32,515 bases of DNA from Muribaculaceae bacterium (GCA_016287065.1 JAEEVB010000001.1:1-32515), one strand, 5' to 3'; shown: positions 1 to 9,509, counted from the stretch's first letter. Numbers and translations are program-made. Notes: generated by a model from the sequence alone, not told the origin.

Positions 1-891
1 GGAATGGCGAGCAAGGCTGGTGTTACCCACCTTGGTCCCGTTGTTCTGGTTGATGGCATCGCGCACCGTGTAGCGGAGGGCGAAGTCGAAGCAAGCGCTC
101 TGAATCACAGTGTTCACCTTGGTTGCGTTGAGCCAGTTCTGCAAGGTGTTCACATTACCATCCCAGAGCTCACCCACCGAGAAAGTGGGGTTAGCAGCGG
201 CGTTATACTCGCCCGTGTAGCTTGCCGAATAGCCACGCACCATGTCGTAGCGGAATCCTGCATAGCCCAGATCGTTGAGCAAGAAACTGAGGTAGGCTTT
301 CACATTATCCCTCACATTGGAGCTCTTGTGGTCAAGGTCACGGCAGCCGTCCCAACCCTCGCCAGTGTCGTTATTGCCACTCAACGTTATACCGTGCTGG
401 GTGGCCCAAGCCTTGGTTTTGCCACCATCATCGTCGGCACACACATCGGTCGGTAGGAGCTGATAGGTCGTTCCATTGTAGGTTTCGGCCGGGAAGTCGA
501 CCCAAGATCCGTCCTCACCCAGACTACTGCGGTGATTGATGACCACATCTTCGATGATCTTGGTGCCTTTTGCCTTGAAGGCATTAATCATGGAACGCAA
601 AGCGCCCTCGGTTCCAAAACTGCTGTTATGGTTGAACCAGTAAACGGGCATATAACCCATCACGTTCCAACCCGTGTTACAGTTACCCGACTGGGGAACC
701 CAGATGAGGTCGAAAGTGGATGATAGTTCATCAACTTGTTTCTCCATATTAGTCCACTGCGTGTCCACGTAGTTGTCCCACGAGAACCCTTGCAGCATCA
801 CACCGCCATAGTTGGCGGGCCAGCCCACTGCCGCATTGCTCATGAGCGGGAGCAGGGCTGCTGTTAAGAGTGATAAAAAAGTCTTTTTCAT
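1..891 (-). CDS. GH13 alpha-amylase, secreted (3' end runs off the window; not in ORF track)
   Basis: Manual translation from ATG at 891: MKKTFLSLLTAALLPLMSNAAVGWPANYGGVMLQGFSW...DLIWVPQSG...EDVVINH...GCRDLDH...GYAGFRYDMVRGY...VGELWD. Signal peptide and GH13 regions I-III with catalytic D and E. Paralog of 933..3500. Confidence 0.92.
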   Translation of the reverse strand, partial: MKKTFLSLLTAALLPLMSNAAVGWPANYGGVMLQGFSWDNYVDTQWTNMEKQVDELSSTFDLIWVPQSGNCNTGWNVMGYMPVYWFNHNSSFGTEGALRSMINAFKAKGTKIIEDVVINHRSSLGEDGSWVDFPAETYNGTTYQLLPTDVCADDDGGKTKAWATQHGITLSGNNDTGEGWDGCRDLDHKSSNVRDNVKAYLSFLLNDLGYAGFRYDMVRGYSASYTGEYNAAANPTFSVGELWDGNVNTLQNWLNATKVNTVIQSACFDFALRYTVRDAINQNNGTKVGNTSLARHS

Positions 892-932
892 TGTAGTAAA
901 AATATTTAAATGTTTATGTTCAATTCGCGTTT

Positions 933-3500
933 TCAGGCAACACCCAGAATGATGTTGATCAGAGCAGTCACGTCGCTCACGTTCACTTTACCGTCACCGT
1001 TCACATCGGCTTTCTGCTCGTTCATTTCCACAACCCCGAGAATCATGTTTACCAGGGTGGTCACATCACTCACGTTCACCTTGCCGTTACCGTCAATATC
1101 GCCGGGCAGGCCATCGGATTGGGCTACGATGAGCGTGCGCTCGGTGAGGTCGAGTGTGAGTTTCCACACACCGGCACCTATCTTGAAGGCTTTGGTCGAA
1201 CCATCGCAGTCGAGTGGCAGCATGGTGCCCAGCAGCTCATCGGTCACCTCCAGGTCCTCTTCGGGAGTTCTAGCACCTATACGATACCTCGAGATGGTAA
1301 TCCAGTCGGTAGGATCTTTTGCAATCTTCTTCGAGAAGCTGAAGTAGCTGTAACCAGCATTCTGCCCTGTGGTCACAACTGTAGCGGTAAAGGTATTACC
1401 GTCGTTGCTCTTCATCTTTACACCTTTGTTGGCAAACCAGCCGCCATTGTTGTTCACTTCGCCCATCACATACATCTGTTCGGGGGTAATGGGGTCTTCG
1501 TGGCCGGGAACGATGCCAATCAGGCCGTCGAGCGTGTAATAGCCGCCGTTCACGAAGTCGAGGTCGGCCGTCTGCTTGCCACCAGCCTTGCCATCGTTGA
1601 AGATGAGGAACTGCGGTATGCTATCGACGTTATAATTGCCATCGGTCCAGCAATATACCTTCTTACCGTTGGGCGCCACACCCACCTGTTGCATCTTGGT
1701 GCCGCTCCACAGTCCTGAGAAGTGGCGGTCCATGCAGTCCCAGGCATAAATGTAGGGAGTTGTAATATCATTGGTCTCGAGATAGCAGTAGAACTTGCCG
1801 TTCTGAGGCTCAGCCACAGCGGGTATCTCATAGTCGACATAAGGAGCATACTTGCTAGTCACATTTGAGTAGATGCTACAATCGCCGTCGGTCCAGGGGT
1901 AATCGAGGAATATGTTTTGCTTGATATTCTTAATGTCAGCCGTCTGACATGTGGGACCCGAGTAGCTATTGTTCAGTATCACGTTCACCGTTGCCTCGTC
2001 AAAAGTCTTGTAGTACCACTTGGCACCGCCCACATAGGTAAAGGGCAACTCGTTGATGACAGTACCGGGCCATGGGCGGTCAATGTAGTTCTCGTTAGCA
2101 TCCCAGGCATAGAGGCGGCTGCTGTTGGGGTCTTGTGCCTTGACAAAGACAGTAACCTTGTCGTTGCCGGGATAAGGCGTTGCCACAGGATTGCCAGGCA
2201 AGATGCCGTTCTTGGGAGCATGCTGCCAGTCAAGCCCGGCCGACACGAAGTAGCGGTAGTTGGTGCCACTCTGCACCAGCTGGTAGCCTGAAGGGGTTCC
2301 GTTCTTGATGGCGCCACCCAACTGCAAATAGACCTTGCCCATTGTGCCTTGCACCTCTACAATGTAGCCGCCATTGCTCTCCTTTTGTTCAAGGATGGGA
2401 CTCATGTTGTGCACACCAGCTGCACGACGCCCCAATATGCAGTTCTTGATCTCGTTCTTGTAGGTTTTCCAGTGCGGCATGAAGATGCAAGGAGTGCCAG
2501 GCAAGGCAAGAATGAAGGCGTTGGCGGCTGCCACATTATTGCTCACTTTCTGGTATCCGTCACGACCTGTGTCGTGGTTGTCGAGGAAGGTGATGGCCCA
2601 GCGGCTATAGTTGGCATCGGCGGCAAGTCCCTTGTCGTTCAGGGCACCCCAGTTGCCGTTGTTGAACGCATCGTTGATGCGGTATTTCAGGCAAAAGTCG
2701 TAGGTGCCACTCTGTATCTGGTCATACCATTTGGTTTCCTCAAACCACCAGCGGAGCACATCGGCATTACCGTCCCAGTACTCGCCCACCACAAACATAG
2801 GCTTACTTGTAAAGCTATACATGCCGGCATAGTAAGGTGCAAAGCCCTTGGTCTCGTCGAAACGGAAGCCTGCATAACCCAGTTCATGCAGCAGGTAGTC
2901 GAGGTAGGTCTTCACATTGAGCTGCGTGGTCACATTGGTGTGGTCGAGGTCGCGGCAACCATCAAAATTCTCACCGGTATCGGCCGCGCCATGCACCGGG
3001 TAGCCCGCTGCCGCACACTCGTCGCCGCTACAAATCTGTGTGTTGTTGACGTTATCCCACTCCACTTTGTAGAATCTACCGGGATTCCTGCCCTTCACCA
3101 TCTCGTTGGCAAAGGTGACCCAGTCGGTCTCGCCATTCTTGTGATTCAACACGGCATCCATCAGGAAACCTGTGCCGCGCTCACGAAACATCTGAATCAT
3201 CTGGCGCAGCTCGTTCTCTGATCCGAAGCAGGTGTTGTGATCAAACCAATAGACGGGGGTGTAACCCATGGCCTGAGTCTGGCCTGTGGGATCTACCTTG
3301 CCCGAGTTGGGAATCCAGATCAGGTCGAAAGCATCGCTGAGTTCGTCGATGTTGTCCATGAACAAGTTCCAACCGGTATCTTCATAACTGTTCCAGTAGA
3401 AGCCCTGCAGCATCACACCGCCATAGTTGGTGGGCCAGCCGGCAGCCCATGCCAGAATAGGCAAAAATGACAAGAGAAATATGGTAGAAAGCTTTTTCAT
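933..3500 (-). CDS. GH13 alpha-amylase with two CBM26-like modules, a SusE/F-like module and a C-terminal dockerin
   Basis: Signal peptide. GH13 motifs DAVLNH, GFRFDETKG, VGEYWD, FLDNHD (catalytic triad intact). LYAWD..WPG..QTADI and YIYAWD..QTADL modules. Terminal duplicated EF-hand GDIDGNGKVNVSDV / ADVNGDGKVNVSDV. Confidence 0.93.
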   Translation of the reverse strand: MKKLSTIFLLSFLPILAWAAGWPTNYGGVMLQGFYWNSYEDTGWNLFMDNIDELSDAFDLIWIPNSGKVDPTGQTQAMGYTPVYWFDHNTCFGSENELRQMIQMFRERGTGFLMDAVLNHKNGETDWVTFANEMVKGRNPGRFYKVEWDNVNNTQICSGDECAAAGYPVHGAADTGENFDGCRDLDHTNVTTQLNVKTYLDYLLHELGYAGFRFDETKGFAPYYAGMYSFTSKPMFVVGEYWDGNADVLRWWFEETKWYDQIQSGTYDFCLKYRINDAFNNGNWGALNDKGLAADANYSRWAITFLDNHDTGRDGYQKVSNNVAAANAFILALPGTPCIFMPHWKTYKNEIKNCILGRRAAGVHNMSPILEQKESNGGYIVEVQGTMGKVYLQLGGAIKNGTPSGYQLVQSGTNYRYFVSAGLDWQHAPKNGILPGNPVATPYPGNDKVTVFVKAQDPNSSRLYAWDANENYIDRPWPGTVINELPFTYVGGAKWYYKTFDEATVNVILNNSYSGPTCQTADIKNIKQNIFLDYPWTDGDCSIYSNVTSKYAPYVDYEIPAVAEPQNGKFYCYLETNDITTPYIYAWDCMDRHFSGLWSGTKMQQVGVAPNGKKVYCWTDGNYNVDSIPQFLIFNDGKAGGKQTADLDFVNGGYYTLDGLIGIVPGHEDPITPEQMYVMGEVNNNGGWFANKGVKMKSNDGNTFTATVVTTGQNAGYSYFSFSKKIAKDPTDWITISRYRIGARTPEEDLEVTDELLGTMLPLDCDGSTKAFKIGAGVWKLTLDLTERTLIVAQSDGLPGDIDGNGKVNVSDVTTLVNMILGVVEMNEQKADVNGDGKVNVSDVTALINIILGVA

Positions 3501-3547
3501 TGCGTTTGTATTTTATGATAAAAAAGTTTCAATTAGTAATTAACTCC

Positions 3548-3555
3548 CAAATTTA
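3548..3555 (-). promoter_or_regulatory. Bacteroidetes -7 promoter box TAAATTTG for the amylase genes
   Basis: Matches TAnnTTTG, about 50 bp upstream of ATG 3500. Confidence 0.6.
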
Positions 3556-3610
3556 ATATTTTGATTTGTATTAAAAAATAGTATTATAAAAATAATTTAT
3601 ATATAATATA

Positions 3611-3624
3611 CGCAATCGTTTGCA
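3611..3624. promoter_or_regulatory. LacI/GalR-type palindromic operator, copy 1 (CGCAATCGTTTGCA)
   Basis: Near-palindrome with central CG; 13 bp identical to 9271..9283. Confidence 0.65.
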
Positions 3625-3683
3625 TTTTCCTTCGAGGCAGCATGGCCTCAAGCCGCCAGGTTGACCGTCTATTTCATGGCGAT

Positions 3684-3719
3684 AAACAAGGGAGCCCCTT
3701 ACCTGTCAAGAAGCTCCCT
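3684..3719 (-). terminator. Probable intrinsic terminator after the 1783-aa gene
   Basis: AGGGAGC (3689-3695) / GCTCCCT (3713-3719) stem followed by TGTTT on the minus strand. Confidence 0.5.
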
Positions 3720-3748
3720 CGATTTAAACAAACTTATGCTAATTATGC

Positions 3749-6700
3749 TTATTTCAGCATCTTAGCTGTAGTTTTCGAACCATCGGTGTAGGTAGTGACA
3801 ACCACGTTCACGCCGTCGAAGGGCACGCTGCTCTCAATGCCGGCCAGGTTGTAGTAGCGCACCTGACGCACCGTCTTGGTGGCATTCACCTCATTCACGG
3901 CTGTGATGATGCTTGATGCCGACACGTCGATGGGCGATACCACATATTTTACAGTTCCCGAATAGGGCTTGTATTCCACCATTTGCTGTCCTGCTCTGAG
4001 AGTAGAGCCACCATCTGTTGCAGCAGCCTCTTCTCCATCGGCCAGACGAATTATTGCATGGAAGCTATAAGCCTGATTCACTTGCAAACCGGGGTTTGAC
4101 TGCAAATCCCACTGCACCGGGAAATAACCATCCAGATCGCCCTCGTTCATGAATTCATAGTGACCATCTACATAGGCGTAGCTACCGTGTTTAGGCACAT
4201 AGAATGCATTGTCGTCACCATACACTGCCCAAGTGATCTTGGCATATTCCTGCGGCTTGGGGGTCACAAAGAAGTAGGTATTGCGGTGCACATGTCCGAA
4301 TTCATCGGCAGGCTCTTCGCAATCCTGAGTTCCAATGAAGTTGGATGTGATAAACACGTTGGGATCCATATAATAGTCGTTCGCTGTATTGCTCTCGGGC
4401 AGGGCCTGCAGAGCAAGGCGCATCTCGGGATTCACATTGTTGACCAGCTGGCCACGCACACTCTCGGCAGGCAGCACAAAGCCCTCATAGCTGCGCAGGA
4501 TAGCTAACTGATCATCCTTGCTCATCAGCACGCCATTCTCAAGAACGCCAGGATACTGAGTCGAGAGTGTGAGTTTCACCCAGTTGCTCTGGTCATAGCG
4601 GTTCTTACCGGCCATGAGATTGGTGCGTTGCAGCACATAATCAATCTCACCATCTTTCTGGATTGACTTCTCCACATAGGGGGTGGTCACGAAGTTGTTC
4701 AAGTCCTTGCAGTAGAGTGCACCATACATGATGTGTGTTACACCATCCACCTCAATTACTGTCTCAGCGTTGGGGTCGAACCACACGCCCACGATGTCGT
4801 CTTCGATGGTGTAGACGGGGCCGTTCACCACACCGTTGCGAATAATGTTGCTCAACGAGCGGCCCAGCACAATCACGCCACAATAGTCGTAGCAGGCACC
4901 GTTGCTATAGACAAAGTCGCCGGTTTGTTCCTTTGCTTCCGTGGTGCTAGTACCAGCATAGTAGTCGTGGTTCATGTCGCTGTGCTCATATTCATGATTG
5001 TCGTCAATGCCGTTGTTGAACAAGATGCCACCATTGGGGTAATTTGTCACACCTGCAGCGGTGAGGTCGATGCGCCACACTTCGTAGCCATCCTTGTCAT
5101 ATCCCACCATCTCGCACAATGCACCAGGATAACAGGGATCACCCTCGTAGGGTGCTGGCGGTGTGAGTATGTCATGATTAACGCCCTGATCATCGGTATA
5201 CCAAGCATGGCAGAACACGTGTGCCCAACCTGGTGTGTTGGTGAAGTAAGCATAGTTGTGGCCTTCAATCATCACGGCACACTCGGCTGCTTCTTGTGCA
5301 GCAGCCGTATAGTAGTCGCGAGTATAATCTTCCATAGTGGTGCCTGTGGTGGGCCAAGTCAAGAAGATTTCGCCCGAGCGGCGCCAGTTGATGTCGGTCA
5401 TATTAGGATCGGTTTCAGGATAGTTTTCAGTGCTTGAATAGTCAAAGCCGTTACGGGTAAACCAGAAGTCTGCAATAGCATTACTCACTTCCCAAGTCCA
5501 CCACTCGCGACCGCCAATGGTGACTATAGTCGGGTCATCGCTTTCTGGAGCAACGCTCAAATATAGGATTCGGCGATTTGTAGCAATCTCGTGGCGTGAC
5601 GGGCGGTCAACATGAATATAATATTCATTATTCTTATCGCGCTCCTTGTCATAGGCCCAAAGCTTGGGATTAGTGACATTGCTGGTCTTCTCGAGGTGGA
5701 TGATGACCTTGCCGCTTGCCACGTCGGCCATGGGATAGAGAGCCACGGTCTTTGCAGTAGGATTGACCACCACACGATAGTTACCGGCTGTGCCAGGATC
5801 CATCTGGAAGTTCTTCGTGCTTCCAAGCAACAGAGCGTTTTCAAGCACAATGCCGATTTCCTCGGCGGTCACTTCCCAATAATCACCCAGTGCATCAGCA
5901 CCCAAACGGTAAGCAGCAATGCTGCTCCAATCAGAGTCACTGTTTGAGAGTTGCTTGGTAAACTGGAAGGTGTCGCCTGCGTTCAGTTCAACGCCAGTGA
6001 GGGTGTAGGTAACGCCATCGGTACTGATCATGGGCACACCTGCATTGGGTTTCCAATAAGGACTATTGCTGTCGCCATAGTACATATACAGGGCGTCCTG
6101 AGCACGGGTGATGGTCACCGTCTTGGCAGGCAGATTGAGCGAAATGTCGTAGTAGGCCGTTTCGTCCATCATGAAGTTCTTGTCTTCACCGTCATAGATG
6201 AGCAGATTCAGCACTTCAGGATGCTCCTTGTCGGTCATAGCGTTGGTCACCAGCCAAGAGGTACCCTGACTTGCACTCGAGGTGAGGCGATAGGTGTTGA
6301 GCGTGGTCCAGTCATTTTCTTCGCTACCCAGTTTAGCGGCAAAGGCAAACTCTGCTCCATCAATAATCTGCACATTGTTAAGCGTGAAAATGCCATTTTC
6401 TCCGGCGGTCATCTTCAATCCAGCATTAGCAGCCCACGGATTACCTGCCACCTTGCCAATCACATACATCTCGCCCGTGTAGAGTCTAAGGTCGGTAACC
6501 TCCTCATAACGGTCACCCGAATCTTCGACACCGCTATAATACTTGTAGTAACCCACTTCGGCAGTCTGCTGAATGTTGCCATTCACGGTGCCCGACTGAT
6601 ACTCGCCATTGATGCTAAACTGGATGTTGATGGGCGAATATATGGAATTAATAGTGGTCTTCCAGTAAAGATTACCATCGGCAAGTGTTTCGCTCACAGT

Positions 6701-9100
6701 AGAAACATTACCGCCACAGACGGGGTCTTGATTCCACTCGCCATTGAGAGCCACATTTTGGGTACCTGTATTGACGTAAACATAGACGTTAGGTGACGTC
6801 TGCGGATTACGCACATTGTTCACGTAGATCACGTAGTTGTGGTGCACCTGCTGCTGCTCGGTGGGAGGGGTAGCCTCCATGCGGACAACGCGATCTTCCT
6901 GATTGGCAGCCTCGCTATCGTAGGTAATGTAGAGGTCGGGCTCTGTCCAGTTAGTGATGTCGGCTGTCTGGTTTTGACTGTTGTGACTCACAATCACATT
7001 GATGTAGTCATCGGCCTGGAACGTCTGTTTGTACCAGGTTTCGTCATTGATTGTCTCAGTCTCAGAGGGAATGTTACCCGGGAAAGCTCCATTCAACTTG
7101 TTCAAATCCTTATCCCATACATAGAGATAAGGTGTCTTGCCATTCTTTTCAATGACATGAACGGTAAAGTTTTGAGGAGCGGGCTTGGGAGTAGCCTCGT
7201 TATAATAGGGCTGCTCTTTATTTTGCATATTATAATCGAAGATAATATAGCGGTCGGCTGTGATGTCAAGAATGTCGGCGGTCTGCACGCCAGCATTGTT
7301 GTGAATAATGACATTCAACTTATCGATGCCGGTGAATGTTTCATACCAGTATGTATAACCATTGATTTCAGTGGTCTGGTTGAGAATCATCAGGTTATTA
7401 TTGACTTGCTGGCCTGTAGTAAAAACACCTTTGGGTTCCTTTTTGCTCTGGCCTATATAGTACCACGCATACATGTAAGGCACAAAACCTTCGGGTGCAT
7501 TCTTTGTTGCCACATAAATGGTGAACGAGCGGTCGGCATAGGGGTTATAGTCGATGTCGGTGGCCACATAGCTGGTGCCGTTCCAATAATAGTAATAGGT
7601 CTCACCATCCTGCAAGGTTGCGTTGAGGGTGCCCGAACCGGCAATATTGGCAGTGAGTGTAGAAGTGCTGCTCACCGTGCCTTTGTACCACACGCAATTG
7701 TGGCCATCTTCGGTAGTCATCGCCTCGCCGTTGAGCGTAGGAGCGGTAGTGTCATAGACATAAACCGTGGCAGTCTGCGCAGGTTGATACTGAACCTTGC
7801 CTTCGGGCATAGTGGTAGAAGCAGTGTAGGAATGAGTTTGACTATTATACACAATGTAGTAGTCGCCGGGTGCTATGCCAGTGATGTTGGTAGTTTGTGA
7901 AGTGTTGTCACCCAAACTTACTATGGCATTGATAGTTGAGGCTGTAGTAGAGAATGACTTCACATACCAAGTCTCACCAGCATCCGATGTCTCAGTAGTG
8001 GTCATCTGAGCACCAGGGAAACCGCCATTGAGATCTCCAGTGCTATCCCAAGCATAAAGGTAGGGTTGCTCATCATAATAGTCTATCACATGGATGGTGT
8101 AGTTCTTGGGAATCTCGGTGAAATTGGCGGTTGCCGTCACATTGCTCGACTCAACCGTCACCGTGACTTGATTATCGTTTTCAGTATAGGTGTTTGTGCC
8201 CGTTACCGTCCAGCCGCTGAATTGATAGCCATTGGCAGGAGTAGCTGTCAAAGTCACTGTATTACCTGTCACCAAGTCGGATGTTGAGGCAGGTGTCACC
8301 GTGCCACCCTCAGCAGGCGATGCCACACCCGTCACAGAGTAAGAGTCAGTCACCGGCACTGAGGTTGGATAGGCAACATTGCCTATTTGTACATTCTGAT
8401 AACAGTTGGCAGAACCCGCAATCGGGTAATAAAGCCCCCCTTTATGATAGGTATTATCACTCGATTCATTCCAAGGATTATTGGTGGAAGTTGCATCTTG
8501 GCATCGATTCAACTTCATTCCTGTTAGACCAGTATAATCACCTTTCCACACATAAATGTTATTTCCGCCAAGATTCATCTTTCCAACAGGAGTAGATTCC
8601 AATGCAGTTCCTGGCCACGTGGTACCACTATTATTTCCCCATGCATGCACACGGGTTACAGCCCCATCGTTATTCCACCATGAATCTCCTGCATACTTGT
8701 CAACAAAGACAAACGAGTTGTAACCCTTCACATCAGTAAGATCCACATAGCGACCATTACCATTATAATAGTAATACTTTGTACCAGACACATTTGTAAT
8801 GTCATCAGTTTTACCTGCATAGTTACCATCTGTGTCAAAGATAATTGAACAGGAATTGACCCCCTCAAGAACAGTGTAGTACCATGTAGTACCTTTATAC
8901 TCATAGGGTGTCATTGCAGCTCCACTGCTCACATTGGTTGCGGTTTCACCCCAATACTCCAAATGTGGGACTGCATTTGCATTTGTTCCGTAGACCCAGA
9001 TGGTTACATCGGCGGTGGCCTGTGGGGCGAGAGCCCAGAGGCAGAGCAAAAGCATAACCAGTCTGGTAAGACAGAACTTGATTTTTGTTAATGATTTCAT
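3749..9100 (-). CDS. Large multi-modular starch-binding-like surface protein (CBM26-like repeats, InlB B-repeat-like domain, two SusE/F-like modules, T9SS-like C-terminal domain); no recognisable catalytic domain
   Basis: Signal peptide. Repeated PY(L/M)Y(A/V)W...(F/W)PG...WY...QTADI units. VTLTATPANGYQFSGW B-repeat. C-terminus ITAVNEVN...YYNLAG...GVNVVV...KMLK typical of Bacteroidales T9SS cargo. Confidence 0.8.
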   Translation of the reverse strand: MKSLTKIKFCLTRLVMLLLCLWALAPQATADVTIWVYGTNANAVPHLEYWGETATNVSSGAAMTPYEYKGTTWYYTVLEGVNSCSIIFDTDGNYAGKTDDITNVSGTKYYYYNGNGRYVDLTDVKGYNSFVFVDKYAGDSWWNNDGAVTRVHAWGNNSGTTWPGTALESTPVGKMNLGGNNIYVWKGDYTGLTGMKLNRCQDATSTNNPWNESSDNTYHKGGLYYPIAGSANCYQNVQIGNVAYPTSVPVTDSYSVTGVASPAEGGTVTPASTSDLVTGNTVTLTATPANGYQFSGWTVTGTNTYTENDNQVTVTVESSNVTATANFTEIPKNYTIHVIDYYDEQPYLYAWDSTGDLNGGFPGAQMTTTETSDAGETWYVKSFSTTASTINAIVSLGDNTSQTTNITGIAPGDYYIVYNSQTHSYTASTTMPEGKVQYQPAQTATVYVYDTTAPTLNGEAMTTEDGHNCVWYKGTVSSTSTLTANIAGSGTLNATLQDGETYYYYWNGTSYVATDIDYNPYADRSFTIYVATKNAPEGFVPYMYAWYYIGQSKKEPKGVFTTGQQVNNNLMILNQTTEINGYTYWYETFTGIDKLNVIIHNNAGVQTADILDITADRYIIFDYNMQNKEQPYYNEATPKPAPQNFTVHVIEKNGKTPYLYVWDKDLNKLNGAFPGNIPSETETINDETWYKQTFQADDYINVIVSHNSQNQTADITNWTEPDLYITYDSEAANQEDRVVRMEATPPTEQQQVHHNYVIYVNNVRNPQTSPNVYVYVNTGTQNVALNGEWNQDPVCGGNVSTVSETLADGNLYWKTTINSIYSPINIQFSINGEYQSGTVNGNIQQTAEVGYYKYYSGVEDSGDRYEEVTDLRLYTGEMYVIGKVAGNPWAANAGLKMTAGENGIFTLNNVQIIDGAEFAFAAKLGSEENDWTTLNTYRLTSSASQGTSWLVTNAMTDKEHPEVLNLLIYDGEDKNFMMDETAYYDISLNLPAKTVTITRAQDALYMYYGDSNSPYWKPNAGVPMISTDGVTYTLTGVELNAGDTFQFTKQLSNSDSDWSSIAAYRLGADALGDYWEVTAEEIGIVLENALLLGSTKNFQMDPGTAGNYRVVVNPTAKTVALYPMADVASGKVIIHLEKTSNVTNPKLWAYDKERDKNNEYYIHVDRPSRHEIATNRRILYLSVAPESDDPTIVTIGGREWWTWEVSNAIADFWFTRNGFDYSSTENYPETDPNMTDINWRRSGEIFLTWPTTGTTMEDYTRDYYTAAAQEAAECAVMIEGHNYAYFTNTPGWAHVFCHAWYTDDQGVNHDILTPPAPYEGDPCYPGALCEMVGYDKDGYEVWRIDLTAAGVTNYPNGGILFNNGIDDNHEYEHSDMNHDYYAGTSTTEAKEQTGDFVYSNGACYDYCGVIVLGRSLSNIIRNGVVNGPVYTIEDDIVGVWFDPNAETVIEVDGVTHIMYGALYCKDLNNFVTTPYVEKSIQKDGEIDYVLQRTNLMAGKNRYDQSNWVKLTLSTQYPGVLENGVLMSKDDQLAILRSYEGFVLPAESVRGQLVNNVNPEMRLALQALPESNTANDYYMDPNVFITSNFIGTQDCEEPADEFGHVHRNTYFFVTPKPQEYAKITWAVYGDDNAFYVPKHGSYAYVDGHYEFMNEGDLDGYFPVQWDLQSNPGLQVNQAYSFHAIIRLADGEEAAATDGGSTLRAGQQMVEYKPYSGTVKYVVSPIDVSASSIITAVNEVNATKTVRQVRYYNLAGIESSVPFDGVNVVVTTYTDGSKTTAKMLK

Positions 9101-9207
9101 TTTTTAATTAGTTTAGATTGTAGTTATGTAAATATAATTGAGTTTAAAAAGTTAAGTCTGCGAAGTGGATAAAAACGCAGTCATTTGCGTTTTGTGCGCA
9201 GAGCGCA

Positions 9208-9215
9208 CAAAATTA
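9208..9215 (-). promoter_or_regulatory. -7 promoter box TAATTTTG for the 1783-aa gene
   Basis: Matches TAnnTTTG, about 110 bp upstream of ATG 9100. Confidence 0.55.
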
Positions 9216-9269
9216 GAGACTTAGACGCTTAACACGTGCAAAAACCACAAAATTTTCAACTAAAATCCA

Positions 9270-9283
9270 TGCAATCGTTTGCA
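9270..9283. promoter_or_regulatory. LacI/GalR-type palindromic operator, copy 2 (TGCAATCGTTTGCA)
   Basis: Same motif as 3611..3624 at nearly the same offset from the -7 box. Confidence 0.65.
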
Positions 9284-9509
9284 AAAGCCACTTTTTGTCA
9301 ACAAAAAACCAGTAAACATTTAAGCCAAATCGGTCATCAGGAACATGTAGCGTCCTGAAAAAAGTTTACAGATTAAAACTCTCTCATGTGCAAATGACGG
9401 GTGATGTAGAGCCGTCATCGTTGTTGCTGAAGTCTGCCAGGGGCTCGATGCCCCTGCAGGCTTCTGTGACGGTCTGACGTGTCGCCGCCATCGTTGTTGC
9501 GGTGCAAAT

